Shown: in pieces, positions 34,958 to 44,737 of the stretch
How positions within the stretch are numbered: the first letter of the stretch is position 1
How the letters are laid out: each line of letters begins with the position of its first letter
Assembly: GCA_963827565.1 (NCBI GenBank)
Contig: CAWHBG010000001.1
Span: forward strand, 448,682 to 512,681
DNA from: Candidatus Aminicenantes bacterium
GTDB taxonomy: Bacteria; Acidobacteriota; Aminicenantia; UBA2199
DNA: 64,000 bases
Direction of reading: 5' to 3'
Program-made: the position numbers and the translations under genes
The notes under the pieces: generated by a model
The model's input: only the letters and a program-made list of their open reading frames with translations
The model's database searches: none
What the model was told of the DNA's origin: nothing

Positions 34958-36031
34958 TTATTTTACTTTATAGACCCAGCCGTGTTTATCCTCAATTTCG
35001 CCGTACTGGATTCCGGTTAAGGTGTCGTAAAATTTCTGTGACCAGGGTCCGGTCTTGTTGTCATTGACAACATATTCTTTACCTTTGTAGTTCAGTTTCC
35101 CCACCGGGCTGATGACCGCAGCTGTTCCGGCGCCAAATATTTCTGTTACTTTTCCTGATTCGATCCCATCAATTACTTCATCAATGGAGATCCTTCTCTC
35201 AACCGGCTCTATACCGAGATCTTTTGCCAGCTCTAAAACAGATTTTCTGGTAATACCGGGAAGGATCGTCCCTCCAAGTGGAGCTGTAACAAGTTTATTA
35301 TCAATAACGAAGAGGATGTTCATGGCTCCGACTTCCTCTATATATTTATGCTCTTTGGCATCAAGCCATAATACCTGGCTGTAACCATTCTCATTTGCGA
35401 TATTTGAGGCAAACAGACTGCCGGCATAGTTCCCGCCTGCCTTTGCCTCACCGGTTCCACCTTCGGCTGCCCTTGAAAATTCATCACTTACCCATAATCC
35501 GATGGGGTTAAATCCTTCTTTGAAATAGGCTCCGACCGGAGACAAAATTATGAAAAACAGATACTTTGTCGATGCTTTAACTCCGAGTCCCGCTTCAGTT
35601 GCTATAGCGGTCGGCCTGATGTACAGTGAGGTTCCTTTTACGGTAGGGATCCATCTCTCTTCCACTTTCAGTAATTCATTCTCGTAATAGAGGAAGTCGT
35701 CAACATCCAGTTCGGCCATGCACATTCTCTTCAGAGAGTTCAGGAATCTTTTTGCATTTTCCCGGGGACGGAATGTAAAGACTTCGCCGGAGGGAGATTT
35801 GTATGCTTTTTGACCTTCAAAAATTTCCTGTCCGTAATGAAGGACCTTTGCAGCCGGATCAAGCATCAAAGGCTGATACGGTTTTATTTCGGGATTATGC
35901 CATCCTTTTTCAGAATCATATTCGAGGGTGAACATATGGTCTGTATAGGTCTGGCCGAATCCAAGCTTCAACGGATCGTCAAATAAAGGTTTTAATTCAT
36001 TTTCGGGCAATAAAGTTTTTTTTATGGTCAT
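34958..36031 (-). CDS. ilvE: branched-chain amino acid aminotransferase
   Basis: 357 aa of the class IV aminotransferase family. Motifs include EEVGAMNILFVIDNKLVTAPLGGTILPGITRKS and a C-terminal YGEIEDKHGWVYKVK. Confidence 0.9.
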   Translation of the reverse strand: MTIKKTLLPENELKPLFDDPLKLGFGQTYTDHMFTLEYDSEKGWHNPEIKPYQPLMLDPAAKVLHYGQEIFEGQKAYKSPSGEVFTFRPRENAKRFLNSLKRMCMAELDVDDFLYYENELLKVEERWIPTVKGTSLYIRPTAIATEAGLGVKASTKYLFFIILSPVGAYFKEGFNPIGLWVSDEFSRAAEGGTGEAKAGGNYAGSLFASNIANENGYSQVLWLDAKEHKYIEEVGAMNILFVIDNKLVTAPLGGTILPGITRKSVLELAKDLGIEPVERRISIDEVIDGIESGKVTEIFGAGTAAVISPVGKLNYKGKEYVVNDNKTGPWSQKFYDTLTGIQYGEIEDKHGWVYKVK

Positions 36032-36161
36032 TTCGCCTCCTTAAATTAAATGTTAAACAAATTTGCAGTATGTGTCAATGAGTTTTTTTTAAGAATATTG
36101 AACCATTAAGAGTTTTGACCGTCGACTGCAGAAATGATAAAATCGGCTTTCAGGTGAAAAA

Positions 36162-36554
36162 ATGGAAATGAAAATTTACTTCCCCGGCGGGAAAAAGGTA
36201 TATGCTGATTATCACAATTTTACTCATGAGACCGATCAGCCTGTAATGGCGGGGGGAGAGGGAACCGCTCCGGCCCCATTCGACCTTTTTCTTGCATCTT
36301 TAGGTACATGTGCGGGTATTTATGTTCTCGGATTCTGCCAGCAGAGAGGAATAGACTCTGAGGGTATCGAAATAATCCAGAGAATGAATTTTGATCCATT
36401 AACAAGGCTTATCAGTAAAATAGACCTTGAGATAAAATTACCCGAATCGTTCCCTGAAAAATATAAAAATGCAGTAATTCAATCTGCCAATCTATGTGCA
36501 GTGAAAAAACATCTGGAGAATCCGCCGGAATTTAATGTTTTTACAACTTCTTAG
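36162..36554 (+). CDS. OsmC/Ohr-family protein
   Basis: 130 aa. It has GTAPAPFDLFLASLGTCAGIYV and LCAVKKHL (the two conserved Cys regions). Confidence 0.75.
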   Translation: MEMKIYFPGGKKVYADYHNFTHETDQPVMAGGEGTAPAPFDLFLASLGTCAGIYVLGFCQQRGIDSEGIEIIQRMNFDPLTRLISKIDLEIKLPESFPEKYKNAVIQSANLCAVKKHLENPPEFNVFTTS

Positions 36555-37551
36555 TATGAAGTTCCCAGGTCTCTTCATCCTCGTTCTCAATTAGTATATA
36601 GAACGTGGATTTGTAAATATCATATTCAGGCATATAATCCATTCCATGCAGTTCAGGATAGGGGACATATACCCTTTTTAGTTCCTTACCTTTCAGGTCA
36701 AGAATAATACATTCTGTCTCTGATCCTTTTTTCTTAAATGTAATGACATGAATCCGGTCATTGGTAACTCTCAAGTCCTGAATGGCAGGATAGTGCTGTT
36801 TAAATTTGATCCGCTGTTTGAAGAATTCAAAAAATTGTTTAAAGTTGGGATCGGTTTTGAAACTTTTTATCGTTTTATCTTTATAGTCCTGGGTAACCTT
36901 GATCTTTTCAAAATCCTTCTTGATCGTGTACAATTTTTCACCGCTGATTGAGAGTACATCAATAACAAATCCGTCCTTTCCCCGGACAAGAAATAATTTA
37001 TCTCCATAAGGCTCATAAGAGAATTGGTTGATCGGGTAGCTGAATGAAGCATTGGGACCGATGCTCATATCTGATTTATATAATTCTTTGAGCTTTTCCA
37101 TTTTTGAATTGTGCAGGTTGATGGTCAGAACGGTCTGCTTATCGTCATTAACAGCTGACCCGGTGGCAACAAATACTTCCTTAAATGGTCTGAATACGGA
37201 GAACGGTGGAACCCTGATCTCTTTTATAAATTCCCCTCTGGGGGTGAAATAGGAAACCTTCGAATCGCTGCTGACAAAGATATTCCCTTCGTAAAAGTAT
37301 GCGATCATCGGCGGGCCGAAGGGAGATATCTTGAATTCCCTGGGCCCTTCTCCAGGCTTGCCGAACTTTTTAATGAAAGAAAAATCCTTTGTGGAATAAA
37401 TAAATATAGTAGACCCTTCTGTTATCAGTAAATAATCTCCACTGACTGCCATCATCTGGGGTTTTGACACTTCCTCGAAAGCGGCAGCCACTTTTCCGTA
37501 AGAATAAAGTGAAATTAAGATTATTAAGATTAATAATATTATTTTTTTCAT
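36541..37551 (-). CDS. secreted 6-bladed beta-propeller-type protein (paralog A)
   Basis: 336 aa with a signal peptide. It shows repeated beta-rich blocks and a GKPGEGPREF motif. It resembles 60808..61827 end to end (C-termini ENEDEETWELH versus ENDDDEDWDLV). The family call is tentative. Confidence 0.5.
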   Translation of the reverse strand: MKKIILLILIILISLYSYGKVAAAFEEVSKPQMMAVSGDYLLITEGSTIFIYSTKDFSFIKKFGKPGEGPREFKISPFGPPMIAYFYEGNIFVSSDSKVSYFTPRGEFIKEIRVPPFSVFRPFKEVFVATGSAVNDDKQTVLTINLHNSKMEKLKELYKSDMSIGPNASFSYPINQFSYEPYGDKLFLVRGKDGFVIDVLSISGEKLYTIKKDFEKIKVTQDYKDKTIKSFKTDPNFKQFFEFFKQRIKFKQHYPAIQDLRVTNDRIHVITFKKKGSETECIILDLKGKELKRVYVPYPELHGMDYMPEYDIYKSTFYILIENEDEETWELHTKKL

Positions 37552-37686
37552 GATTTTGCTCCTTTTCGTTTATTATCTATTATATCAGCAGGAATTATTA
37601 AATCCTCTATTTTTCGGTGAACGGCCCATTTCCCTCGGTAAATGGATTATGTTTACCTTATTTACAGGGATTCATGCTCATATTCA

Positions 37687-38913
37687 TCAAGAATGGCTTT
37701 TTACATTAATATTTTTTATATTCAGATCCTTGAATATTATCTCCACTGCAATCTTCGACATGAAAGTGAATAGGAGAAATCCAAGTGAAAATATCATTAC
37801 CGCTGTTCTTATCTCTATCATTGACGGCCTGTAGATGAAAAGTTGACCCAGTGTATCAGGAGAGTATCCCGGAGTAATAAGTGCAATACCCTTCTCAATG
37901 TAAACACCGATATAGATCAGGACAGCTCCCAGATTCAATGTGATAATATTTTTTCTGGTTTTCGGGATCAGGAATAATAAAAATGCAATAATACTGAAAA
38001 TTATTGACATCCACGCATATAAAACAAGATCGTTATGCCCTTTAACTCCCAGGAATAGATACTTCAGATGAACAACGTGATGTGTATTGGAGTAGACTTC
38101 CTTGAATATTTCACTGAAGAAGAGAAAAAGGTAGAGGAACATCGAGTATGCCATTAATTCAGCGATCTTCTCAATTGCTTCCTGCTTGATATCAAATTTA
38201 GTTGTTTTTTTAAGGATCTGGAAAAGGATAAGGAGAACTGCAGGTCCGGAGCAGAAAGCCGATGCAATAAATTTCGGGGCAAGCAGTGCACTGTTCCAAT
38301 AGGGCCTTGCAGCCATTCCGTTGAAAAGAAAAGCGGTGACGGTGTGGATAGAGATCGCCATCGGGATCGAGAGGAGTATCAGTTTATTGAATATCTTTTT
38401 ATTGTACTCTTTCTTAATAAAATGCATGTAAAGGAGATAGGTTACAATGAAAAGGTTCAGGAAAAAATAGAGGTTCAATACGATCGAATCCCATGCGAGG
38501 AGTGAGTCCGGAAAATTTAAAATCCCGATAAACGGGATCATATGCCAGAGCCGGAAGGGGCCTCCCATATCCACGATCACAAAGCCCAGGGCCATTATAA
38601 CTGCACTGACCGCCAATATTTCTCCGAAAATTGTTATCTCCTTGATCGGTTTCCAATGGTAAACATAGGCCGGAATTACCAGTAAGATGGCGGCTGCTGC
38701 AACACCTACAAGAAAAGTGAAGTTCCCGATATAAAATCCCCATGAAATAGAGTCGTTCATATTTGTAACAGCCAGGCCGCTTTTTAATTGCTCAAAATAG
38801 CCCAGGGCTCCCCATATTATGAGAAGAAGCAGGGAGGATATCCATATATAATAATATTTATTCCCTTTCAGGATCACTTTAAAAGACTCTTTTACAAAAT
38901 TAATAAATTTCAC
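37687..38913 (-). CDS. NrfD/PsrC-like polytopic quinol-interacting membrane subunit
   Basis: 408 aa with ~10 TM helices. It lies immediately downstream (13 nt) of the Tat-exported 4Fe-4S protein, the standard NrfCD/PsrBC/ActBC context. Confidence 0.75.
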   Translation of the reverse strand: MKFINFVKESFKVILKGNKYYYIWISSLLLLIIWGALGYFEQLKSGLAVTNMNDSISWGFYIGNFTFLVGVAAAAILLVIPAYVYHWKPIKEITIFGEILAVSAVIMALGFVIVDMGGPFRLWHMIPFIGILNFPDSLLAWDSIVLNLYFFLNLFIVTYLLYMHFIKKEYNKKIFNKLILLSIPMAISIHTVTAFLFNGMAARPYWNSALLAPKFIASAFCSGPAVLLILFQILKKTTKFDIKQEAIEKIAELMAYSMFLYLFLFFSEIFKEVYSNTHHVVHLKYLFLGVKGHNDLVLYAWMSIIFSIIAFLLFLIPKTRKNIITLNLGAVLIYIGVYIEKGIALITPGYSPDTLGQLFIYRPSMIEIRTAVMIFSLGFLLFTFMSKIAVEIIFKDLNIKNINVKSHS

Positions 38914-38925
38914 GTTTCACCTCGA

Positions 38926-39828
38926 CTAATAAAAATAATAGAACTTGGGCTGAGTGTTGAGCTCTTCTTTAAGGATCAGTACCCTCTTATGTTTCAGGAT
39001 ATATCTGATCTCACTTTCGGGGTCGAGAAGGTTTCCGAATTTTCGAGCCCCCACCGGACATATCTCGACACAGGAAGGGTAGAGACCCTCCCTCACTCTC
39101 TGAACACAAAAAGTACATTTTTCAACAACCCCTTTCATTCGTGGCCTGTTACCGTAATAATGGGTAACAGGATTGATCCCATCTTTATCAATATCCGGCT
39201 CTGCCCAATTAAAATGCCTTGCTCCATAAGGACATGCAGCCATACAGATCCTGCAGCCTATACACCAATTATAATCAACAACTACTATACCGTCCTTTTC
39301 CTTCCAGGTGGCGCCGACAGGGCATACCTTTGTACAGGGAGGGTTCTCACATTGCTGGCATGCTACAGGGAAATAGAAATGATCATCATCAGGAACAAGC
39401 TCACGTTCATAATCTGCGCGTGAATGAAAAAGGTCCACACCTTTGTCCTTTGCCATTTCCAGGACTGTTATCCAGTGGATCTGCGGATCTTTAGACTGAT
39501 TATTCTCTTCAACGCATGCATATACGCACCTCCTGCACCCGATGCATCTGGATATATCAAGCCCGTATCCAAATAATGTTTCATCGATCGGATCCTTCCC
39601 GGATACACTGAATTTCTTACCGTATTTTTCTGTATATTTTTTTTCAAGTCTTTCAATTATTTTATTTTTATCATTTTCATCCAGAGTTCTGAAGTTTTTC
39701 TGAAAAAATTCTTCCCACGAGGTTTCAGATCCGCATGCAGCAAGAGTAGCAAAGGTGGAGGCCAATGCGGTCTTTTTCAAGAATGTTCTTCTCGACTCTT
39801 TTTTTTCAACAGATTTTTTCTTGCTCAT
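38926..39828 (-). CDS. Tat-exported 4x[4Fe-4S] ferredoxin-type subunit (NrfC/HybA/PsrB-like)
   Basis: It has a twin-arginine signal (SRRTFLKKTALASTFATLAA) and four Cys clusters: CIGCRRCVYAC, CQQCENPPC..VCP, CIGCRICMAACP and CTFCVQRV...CVEICP. Confidence 0.85.
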   Translation of the reverse strand: MSKKKSVEKKESRRTFLKKTALASTFATLAACGSETSWEEFFQKNFRTLDENDKNKIIERLEKKYTEKYGKKFSVSGKDPIDETLFGYGLDISRCIGCRRCVYACVEENNQSKDPQIHWITVLEMAKDKGVDLFHSRADYERELVPDDDHFYFPVACQQCENPPCTKVCPVGATWKEKDGIVVVDYNWCIGCRICMAACPYGARHFNWAEPDIDKDGINPVTHYYGNRPRMKGVVEKCTFCVQRVREGLYPSCVEICPVGARKFGNLLDPESEIRYILKHKRVLILKEELNTQPKFYYFY

Positions 39829-39830
39829 AC

Positions 39831-40358
39831 TTATCTCCTACCTTTCATCGGGTCTGCGGGTGCAGGTTCCGGTTTCATTTTTTTATACTTTGGTGAATGG
39901 GGATTATGACAATGAGCACACAGGAGGTACTTTTTCTTACCGTTCCAGAATCCGGTTCTCTTTCCGTGTGCACCATTTTTCCATTCTCTTAATTTTGGCC
40001 CGTGGCACTGGCCGCATAATTTATATGATTCTGTGAAATCTATCAATTTTCCATTTGCAAGATGGAGTTTATCCCGGTTCTTCATATCGTGACAGTCGAG
40101 GCACCATCTGTTCTTCTCATCATGCTTCAGGATTATGTCATCATGCATTTCCTCAAGTACCCTTCTCTCAGGATTCGGTTCCATATCACCATGACATTCT
40201 GTGCATGGGAATATATCCTCACTGAACGGGGGAGGAGGGACCTGAATCAGTTCGCTCTTCTCGGTACTCTCCTGGCCGTATACTCCTTGGGGAACGGTGA
40301 TCAGGATTAAAACTAAAATAATTAAAATTAAAAAATCATACTTTATGATTGTTCTCAT
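39831..40358 (-). CDS. periplasmic tetraheme c-type cytochrome (NrfB/Cbc-type partner)
   Basis: 175 aa with a signal peptide and four CXXCH motifs (CTECH, CLDCH, CGQCH, CAHCH). Its stop lies 2 nt before the FeS gene start. Confidence 0.85.
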   Translation of the reverse strand: MRTIIKYDFLILIILVLILITVPQGVYGQESTEKSELIQVPPPPFSEDIFPCTECHGDMEPNPERRVLEEMHDDIILKHDEKNRWCLDCHDMKNRDKLHLANGKLIDFTESYKLCGQCHGPKLREWKNGAHGKRTGFWNGKKKYLLCAHCHNPHSPKYKKMKPEPAPADPMKGRR

Positions 40359-40531
40359 TTTTGATCCTCTTATTAAATATATTAATAGTTCAATGATATA
40401 ATCATCTGAATATAATTTAAAGATATGAAATGAATTTTTTTATCATTCAGTTATTAATGTCAAGAATGGCCGAATAAAATTATAGTGAAGTATTACTGTA
40501 TATAAATGCTGAATAAATTTAATTTATACTA

Positions 40532-42346
40532 TCAGATCTTTTTCTGATTCAGGTAAAAATATGATCCTGTTATGATCATTAATTCGATAATTATATATAT
40601 TACAAGTGCAGTTGCAACATTGGCTGAGAATCCGTAATTATGGAGTCCTACTCCAAGCAGATTCACGCCGAACCATGCCAGAACGACTGTGATTATGCCA
40701 ACGATCGATCCTAGTGAAAAGCCCAGTTCTTTTATCATTTTACCCAGTTTTGCATGGAAAAGTATTGCAGACCACAATATTATCAGAAGTGCTCCATTCT
40801 CTTTTGGATCCCAGCCCCAGAACCTTCCCCATGACTGATCTGCCCAGATCCCACCGAGTACTGTACCAATGAAGGTAAATATCAGCCCGAATGCCTGAGT
40901 AGCATAGATTGATTGATATGTATCCCTGAGAATTTCTTTTTTCTTCCCTTTTTTAAATATAGATTGAATAAGATATAAGTGTCCCAGAACTCCGGAAATA
41001 ACTATACCTCCGTAACCGATCGTTATTGTAATAACATGTGTGGCAAGCCAGAAATTTGAATCCAGAACTGCAACAAGCATGCCCATTGTGTCTCCCTCAA
41101 GAGCATACCTTCCGGATATTATAAGCAGGACCAGTCCGGAGAGACTCCCCGTAAGGATGCCGATATTTTTCTTTTTGAACAACTCAAGAGCGAGTCCGAG
41201 AATTACTGTTATCCAGGCGGCAAATACGAATGTTTCGAAAAGATTTGTTACCGGTGGCCTGTTCCTTATTATCATTCTTGCGATCATTCCGTATGTATGC
41301 GGGAGCAGTCCGAGGATCAGGAGGAAATAGCTTGAGTAATAAAAAAGCCTTTTAAATTTTATATAGGAAAAAAGGAGCAGAAGCAGGGAAAATCCGTAGA
41401 AGAACTGAGATTTATAAAATGGATCGATCCTGTTGTACATGATCTCTATTTTTATCTTTTCAGGATCAGTCAGGTTTTTAGAAATGCCGTTTATAAATTT
41501 ATTAAATTCTATAACACTGGAATCAAATTCTGATTGATTACCATTCCTGAATGAAGAGACCATTTTATTTATAAGGGATATATGCGGTGCAGAGGATTCA
41601 TCAAACTTAAATGATCTGTTAACCGAGTCCCATGGGCTCTCCCAATTTTCTTCCCCTGAGCTCATGTCGGGGATGATATCAAGCTGCTGATCCTGATAAT
41701 AACCTGACCATTGATCCATTTTATGAGAAATATTCAGGAGTTTCTGTTCAGGTTCTGTCAATGATTCGACGTCTTTTTCCTTGATTGATTTAATCTCTTT
41801 GATCTTATGAAGAAGATCAAGGAAGGTTTTCCCTTCAAAATCCTGACTTGGAAAACAGAATTGAAAGGAGCCTGCAAGCTTATGATAAACATAGATTTTA
41901 TTGTATAGAACGATAAGCTCACTCTCAACAATACTTCTTTTGGATCCCTCGATCCTTGATGCTTTAATTGCCAATTCCCTCAGTTTTTGAACGTGGTCTG
42001 ATAATTGTCTGTAGCTGTATCTGCCTCTGCCCTTTCCTGCATCGGAACCAATGGCACTCAGGGCTTCAGGATTATTGATCAGAAAAACCTTGTCATCATA
42101 ACTTTTCTCAGGTGTAAATATCAGCCTTGATAACCATATTATTGCAGCTTGTTTTTCCAGTTTACTTTTTCCGGATAATTGTTTGAGTATATTCCGGGAA
42201 AATGTGTCGATCGGTTTTTTCCTGCCGTCTTCAAGGATAACAATTTTTTTGAACTCATCTAGATTTAAAGAGGAACCCTGAATCACTGCGGATGATATAA
42301 AGAATAAAGTAATCGTTAATATTAAAATTTTCAATTTGAATTTCAT
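40532..42346 (-). CDS. ccsA: System II cytochrome c biogenesis protein CcsA/ResC with long N-terminal periplasmic extension
   Basis: 604 aa. It has the Trp-rich heme-handling motif WGRFWGWDPKENGALLIILW with flanking His residues, about 8 C-terminal TM helices, and a ~300-aa secreted N-terminal region. Confidence 0.85.
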   Translation of the reverse strand: MKFKLKILILTITLFFISSAVIQGSSLNLDEFKKIVILEDGRKKPIDTFSRNILKQLSGKSKLEKQAAIIWLSRLIFTPEKSYDDKVFLINNPEALSAIGSDAGKGRGRYSYRQLSDHVQKLRELAIKASRIEGSKRSIVESELIVLYNKIYVYHKLAGSFQFCFPSQDFEGKTFLDLLHKIKEIKSIKEKDVESLTEPEQKLLNISHKMDQWSGYYQDQQLDIIPDMSSGEENWESPWDSVNRSFKFDESSAPHISLINKMVSSFRNGNQSEFDSSVIEFNKFINGISKNLTDPEKIKIEIMYNRIDPFYKSQFFYGFSLLLLLFSYIKFKRLFYYSSYFLLILGLLPHTYGMIARMIIRNRPPVTNLFETFVFAAWITVILGLALELFKKKNIGILTGSLSGLVLLIISGRYALEGDTMGMLVAVLDSNFWLATHVITITIGYGGIVISGVLGHLYLIQSIFKKGKKKEILRDTYQSIYATQAFGLIFTFIGTVLGGIWADQSWGRFWGWDPKENGALLIILWSAILFHAKLGKMIKELGFSLGSIVGIITVVLAWFGVNLLGVGLHNYGFSANVATALVIYIIIELMIITGSYFYLNQKKI

Positions 42347-42347
42347 A

Positions 42348-43484
42348 TTAGTTCCCTTTTTTTATCTCTGAGTTTTCTTTTCTCTTTCTGAACAACATTA
42401 ATATGAAATGGATCAATAAACCAAGAAAAACAACAATACTTGAAATATAAGGCAATAGCCTTCCCGAATTTTTCACAACTGCAAAAACAGAATATTCAAC
42501 TCCGGCAGGAGTGATATGATATCGGGATTGAAAGAATGTGTATTCTTTATATCTGAGAGGTTTGTTCATTGAAATTACAAGTTCTCTTTTAAGGTCTTCA
42601 TGCTTTATTTCGACTGTACTTTCATAACTTTTTACGATCTGTGAACCCGGATATTTTTTGATCCTAAAGTCTAAAAGCCCAACCTCGACCGGGAGTTTTT
42701 TTCTTAACTTCCTCAAAGAGAAATGATAATCACTTCCCAAAATCATAACATGAGTGGGTAATGTCTCTCCACCGTAAAGAATAATGTCCTTATTAATATC
42801 TTCAGAATATAGCATGATCCCGGGAACATTTTCTTCCGGTTCCGCCTCAGGCTGTCTCTCATCAATTGAGACGATCCCTGATGCATTCAGAACATTCTGT
42901 TTTGATGAACCCTCTTTATTTCTGAAAGCTGAAGCGTTCCGGAAAGATTTTTTAACATTAATCTTAATCGGAAAATCCGGAAATGAGATTGATTTATCCG
43001 GTTCTATATCTTTCAGATCAATGACAGAATAGTGCCTTACACCATCCTTGTCATTCCACACTGAGAGTTCCCATGCATGATAAGAATTTGACCACGAACT
43101 TTTTTCTCCCTCTTTCAGCATGAGGACGCTCTCTTCTGAAAAGAGGAAAGTAAAAAATCCCCCTATAAGAAGTATCAATATACCGATATGGGTAAGAATA
43201 TTACCTATGTTCTTAAATCTGAATCCGATCCTGAAGATCATGGAACTGATCAGGTTTAAAAACAGAACGGACATTGTAAGAGCCCCTCCAGGGATGGGAA
43301 TGAATCCCAAAGCAAGAAAAAACCATGAAGTGAAGAATTTTGCTTTTGCAGCATACAGGCCGTTATCGGTCTGATAAATCGTTCCCCATATAGTAAGAAC
43401 AGTTAGAACTATCAAACATATTACTGTCAATTTCAGCGAATAGCTGAATTTAATAAAGTTGTTTTTTTTTAGTTTGTTTAGCAT
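42348..43484 (-). CDS. ccsB: System II cytochrome c biogenesis protein ResB/CcsB
   Basis: 378 aa with the ResB-like topology and N-terminal pattern (SLKLTVICLIVLTVLTIWGTIYQ, NILTHIGILILLIGG, a large loop, then a C-terminal TM helix). It abuts ccsA. Confidence 0.7.
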   Translation of the reverse strand: MLNKLKKNNFIKFSYSLKLTVICLIVLTVLTIWGTIYQTDNGLYAAKAKFFTSWFFLALGFIPIPGGALTMSVLFLNLISSMIFRIGFRFKNIGNILTHIGILILLIGGFFTFLFSEESVLMLKEGEKSSWSNSYHAWELSVWNDKDGVRHYSVIDLKDIEPDKSISFPDFPIKINVKKSFRNASAFRNKEGSSKQNVLNASGIVSIDERQPEAEPEENVPGIMLYSEDINKDIILYGGETLPTHVMILGSDYHFSLRKLRKKLPVEVGLLDFRIKKYPGSQIVKSYESTVEIKHEDLKRELVISMNKPLRYKEYTFFQSRYHITPAGVEYSVFAVVKNSGRLLPYISSIVVFLGLLIHFILMLFRKRKENSEIKKGN

Positions 43485-44098
43485 TATTCTCCAGATTCGA
43501 TTGACTCTGATAATTTTAGTATCTTATCCCTATTATTCCTCAGAATTTCAGGATCTCCGGACATCTTAATGAAAAGTGTTTTTCCGGGGAAAGTGATCAT
43601 AGAAACAATTATAGAGAGATCAGACTCTTTACCGGTTATTTGTGTAAAATCAATAAAAATGCCTTCGTTATTACTTCTTGTTTTGAATTTTTTCTGTTTT
43701 GAGATAAATTCATCAATTTCAGATTCTGAAGGTTCCTTGTCTGCTATACTGGCAGACCACATCTGAACATTTGCCTTCAATCCTCCGGCATCCCCAGATA
43801 GGGGGATGATTGTGCACACGGCTTCTTTTTCGCCTGATTTGATAGAATAGGTCGCCAATCTTAGCTTGGATTCGGTTTTGATGCTTATCCAGCCGTCCGG
43901 AGTATCCCATTTAAGGTTTGTTTTAGTTGCCCCGGGGACATTCATACCGTGAGCATGTGTTGTTATTTCTGGTATATCCTTCTCAGCTATCTCCTCTTTA
44001 AATGAACGTACCTCATTCTTTTTCCCGCAGGAGATTGAAAAAATCACAAATGTTAATACTAATATAAAAATAACCGGTAAAGAGTACTTTGATCTCAT
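43484..44098 (-). CDS. hypothetical lipoprotein inside the cytochrome maturation operon
   Basis: 204 aa with a lipobox (FSISCGKK). Its TAA overlaps the ccsB ATG (TAATG). I recognise no family and there is no CXXC thioredoxin motif. Confidence 0.45.
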   Translation of the reverse strand: MRSKYSLPVIFILVLTFVIFSISCGKKNEVRSFKEEIAEKDIPEITTHAHGMNVPGATKTNLKWDTPDGWISIKTESKLRLATYSIKSGEKEAVCTIIPLSGDAGGLKANVQMWSASIADKEPSESEIDEFISKQKKFKTRSNNEGIFIDFTQITGKESDLSIIVSMITFPGKTLFIKMSGDPEILRNNRDKILKLSESIESGE

Positions 44099-44111
44099 TT
44101 AATTGCCTTTT

Positions 44112-44597
44112 TTACTTTCTGTAATTATGGTCTATCTTTTTGAAATACTCATCCTTTTTAAAAGGTTTTGCGGTATCACTTTTTTTCGGATCATGACAAG
44201 TAACACAAACCGCTTCAGTCGGCTCAATAAGTCCGGCTGCCATGGCTTTGGCTTTATCTTTCATGATGCTCATTTTTTTGTAGTCTGAACCCGGACCATG
44301 ACATGATTCACAGCCAACGCCCTCAAAGTTTACATTGTTAGGATCATCCAGCTTGTAACCGCCCTTGTTAAATGCTGTGGTATGACACTCAAGACACGCA
44401 GGATCTTTTTCCTTGCCGTCCTTCTTAAGACTTTCAAAAGCTTTTGAATGCTTTCTCTCCATCCATTTTTCAAACACATTACCTTTCTTTTCACCCTTGT
44501 GGCACATCTTACATTTCTTCGTACCGACATAATCAGCCGAAGTGACAAGAGAGAAAAGGAACAGAATCGCGATAAAAATCATTAACGTTTTTTTCAT
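44112..44597 (-). CDS. tetraheme cytochrome c (c554-like family)
   Basis: 161 aa with a signal peptide and four motifs (CKMCH, CLECH, CESCH, CVTCH). The layout YVGTKKCKMCH...W..KHSKAF...CLECH...GCESCHGPGS resembles the cytochrome c554 / c-prime family. Confidence 0.8.
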   Translation of the reverse strand: MKKTLMIFIAILFLFSLVTSADYVGTKKCKMCHKGEKKGNVFEKWMERKHSKAFESLKKDGKEKDPACLECHTTAFNKGGYKLDDPNNVNFEGVGCESCHGPGSDYKKMSIMKDKAKAMAAGLIEPTEAVCVTCHDPKKSDTAKPFKKDEYFKKIDHNYRK

Positions 44598-44630
44598 CTT
44601 ATCTCCTTTAAATTATTTAAACTTGATGAT

Positions 44631-44659
44631 TTTATAATTTATATCCTGAAAATTGTCAA
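44631..44659 (-). promoter_or_regulatory. candidate sigma-70 promoter of the c554-like/lipoprotein/ccsBA operon
   Basis: The minus strand reads TTGACA (44659-44654), a 17-nt spacer, then TATAAA (44636-44631). This is about 35 nt upstream of ATG 44597. Confidence 0.45.
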
Positions 44660-44737
44660 TAGCATATTTTTAACTTATTTTAATATCTGAACTTTTTTCC
44701 AATTCAGAAACCTTTCTCATATCTGCAAAAAGTGTTT

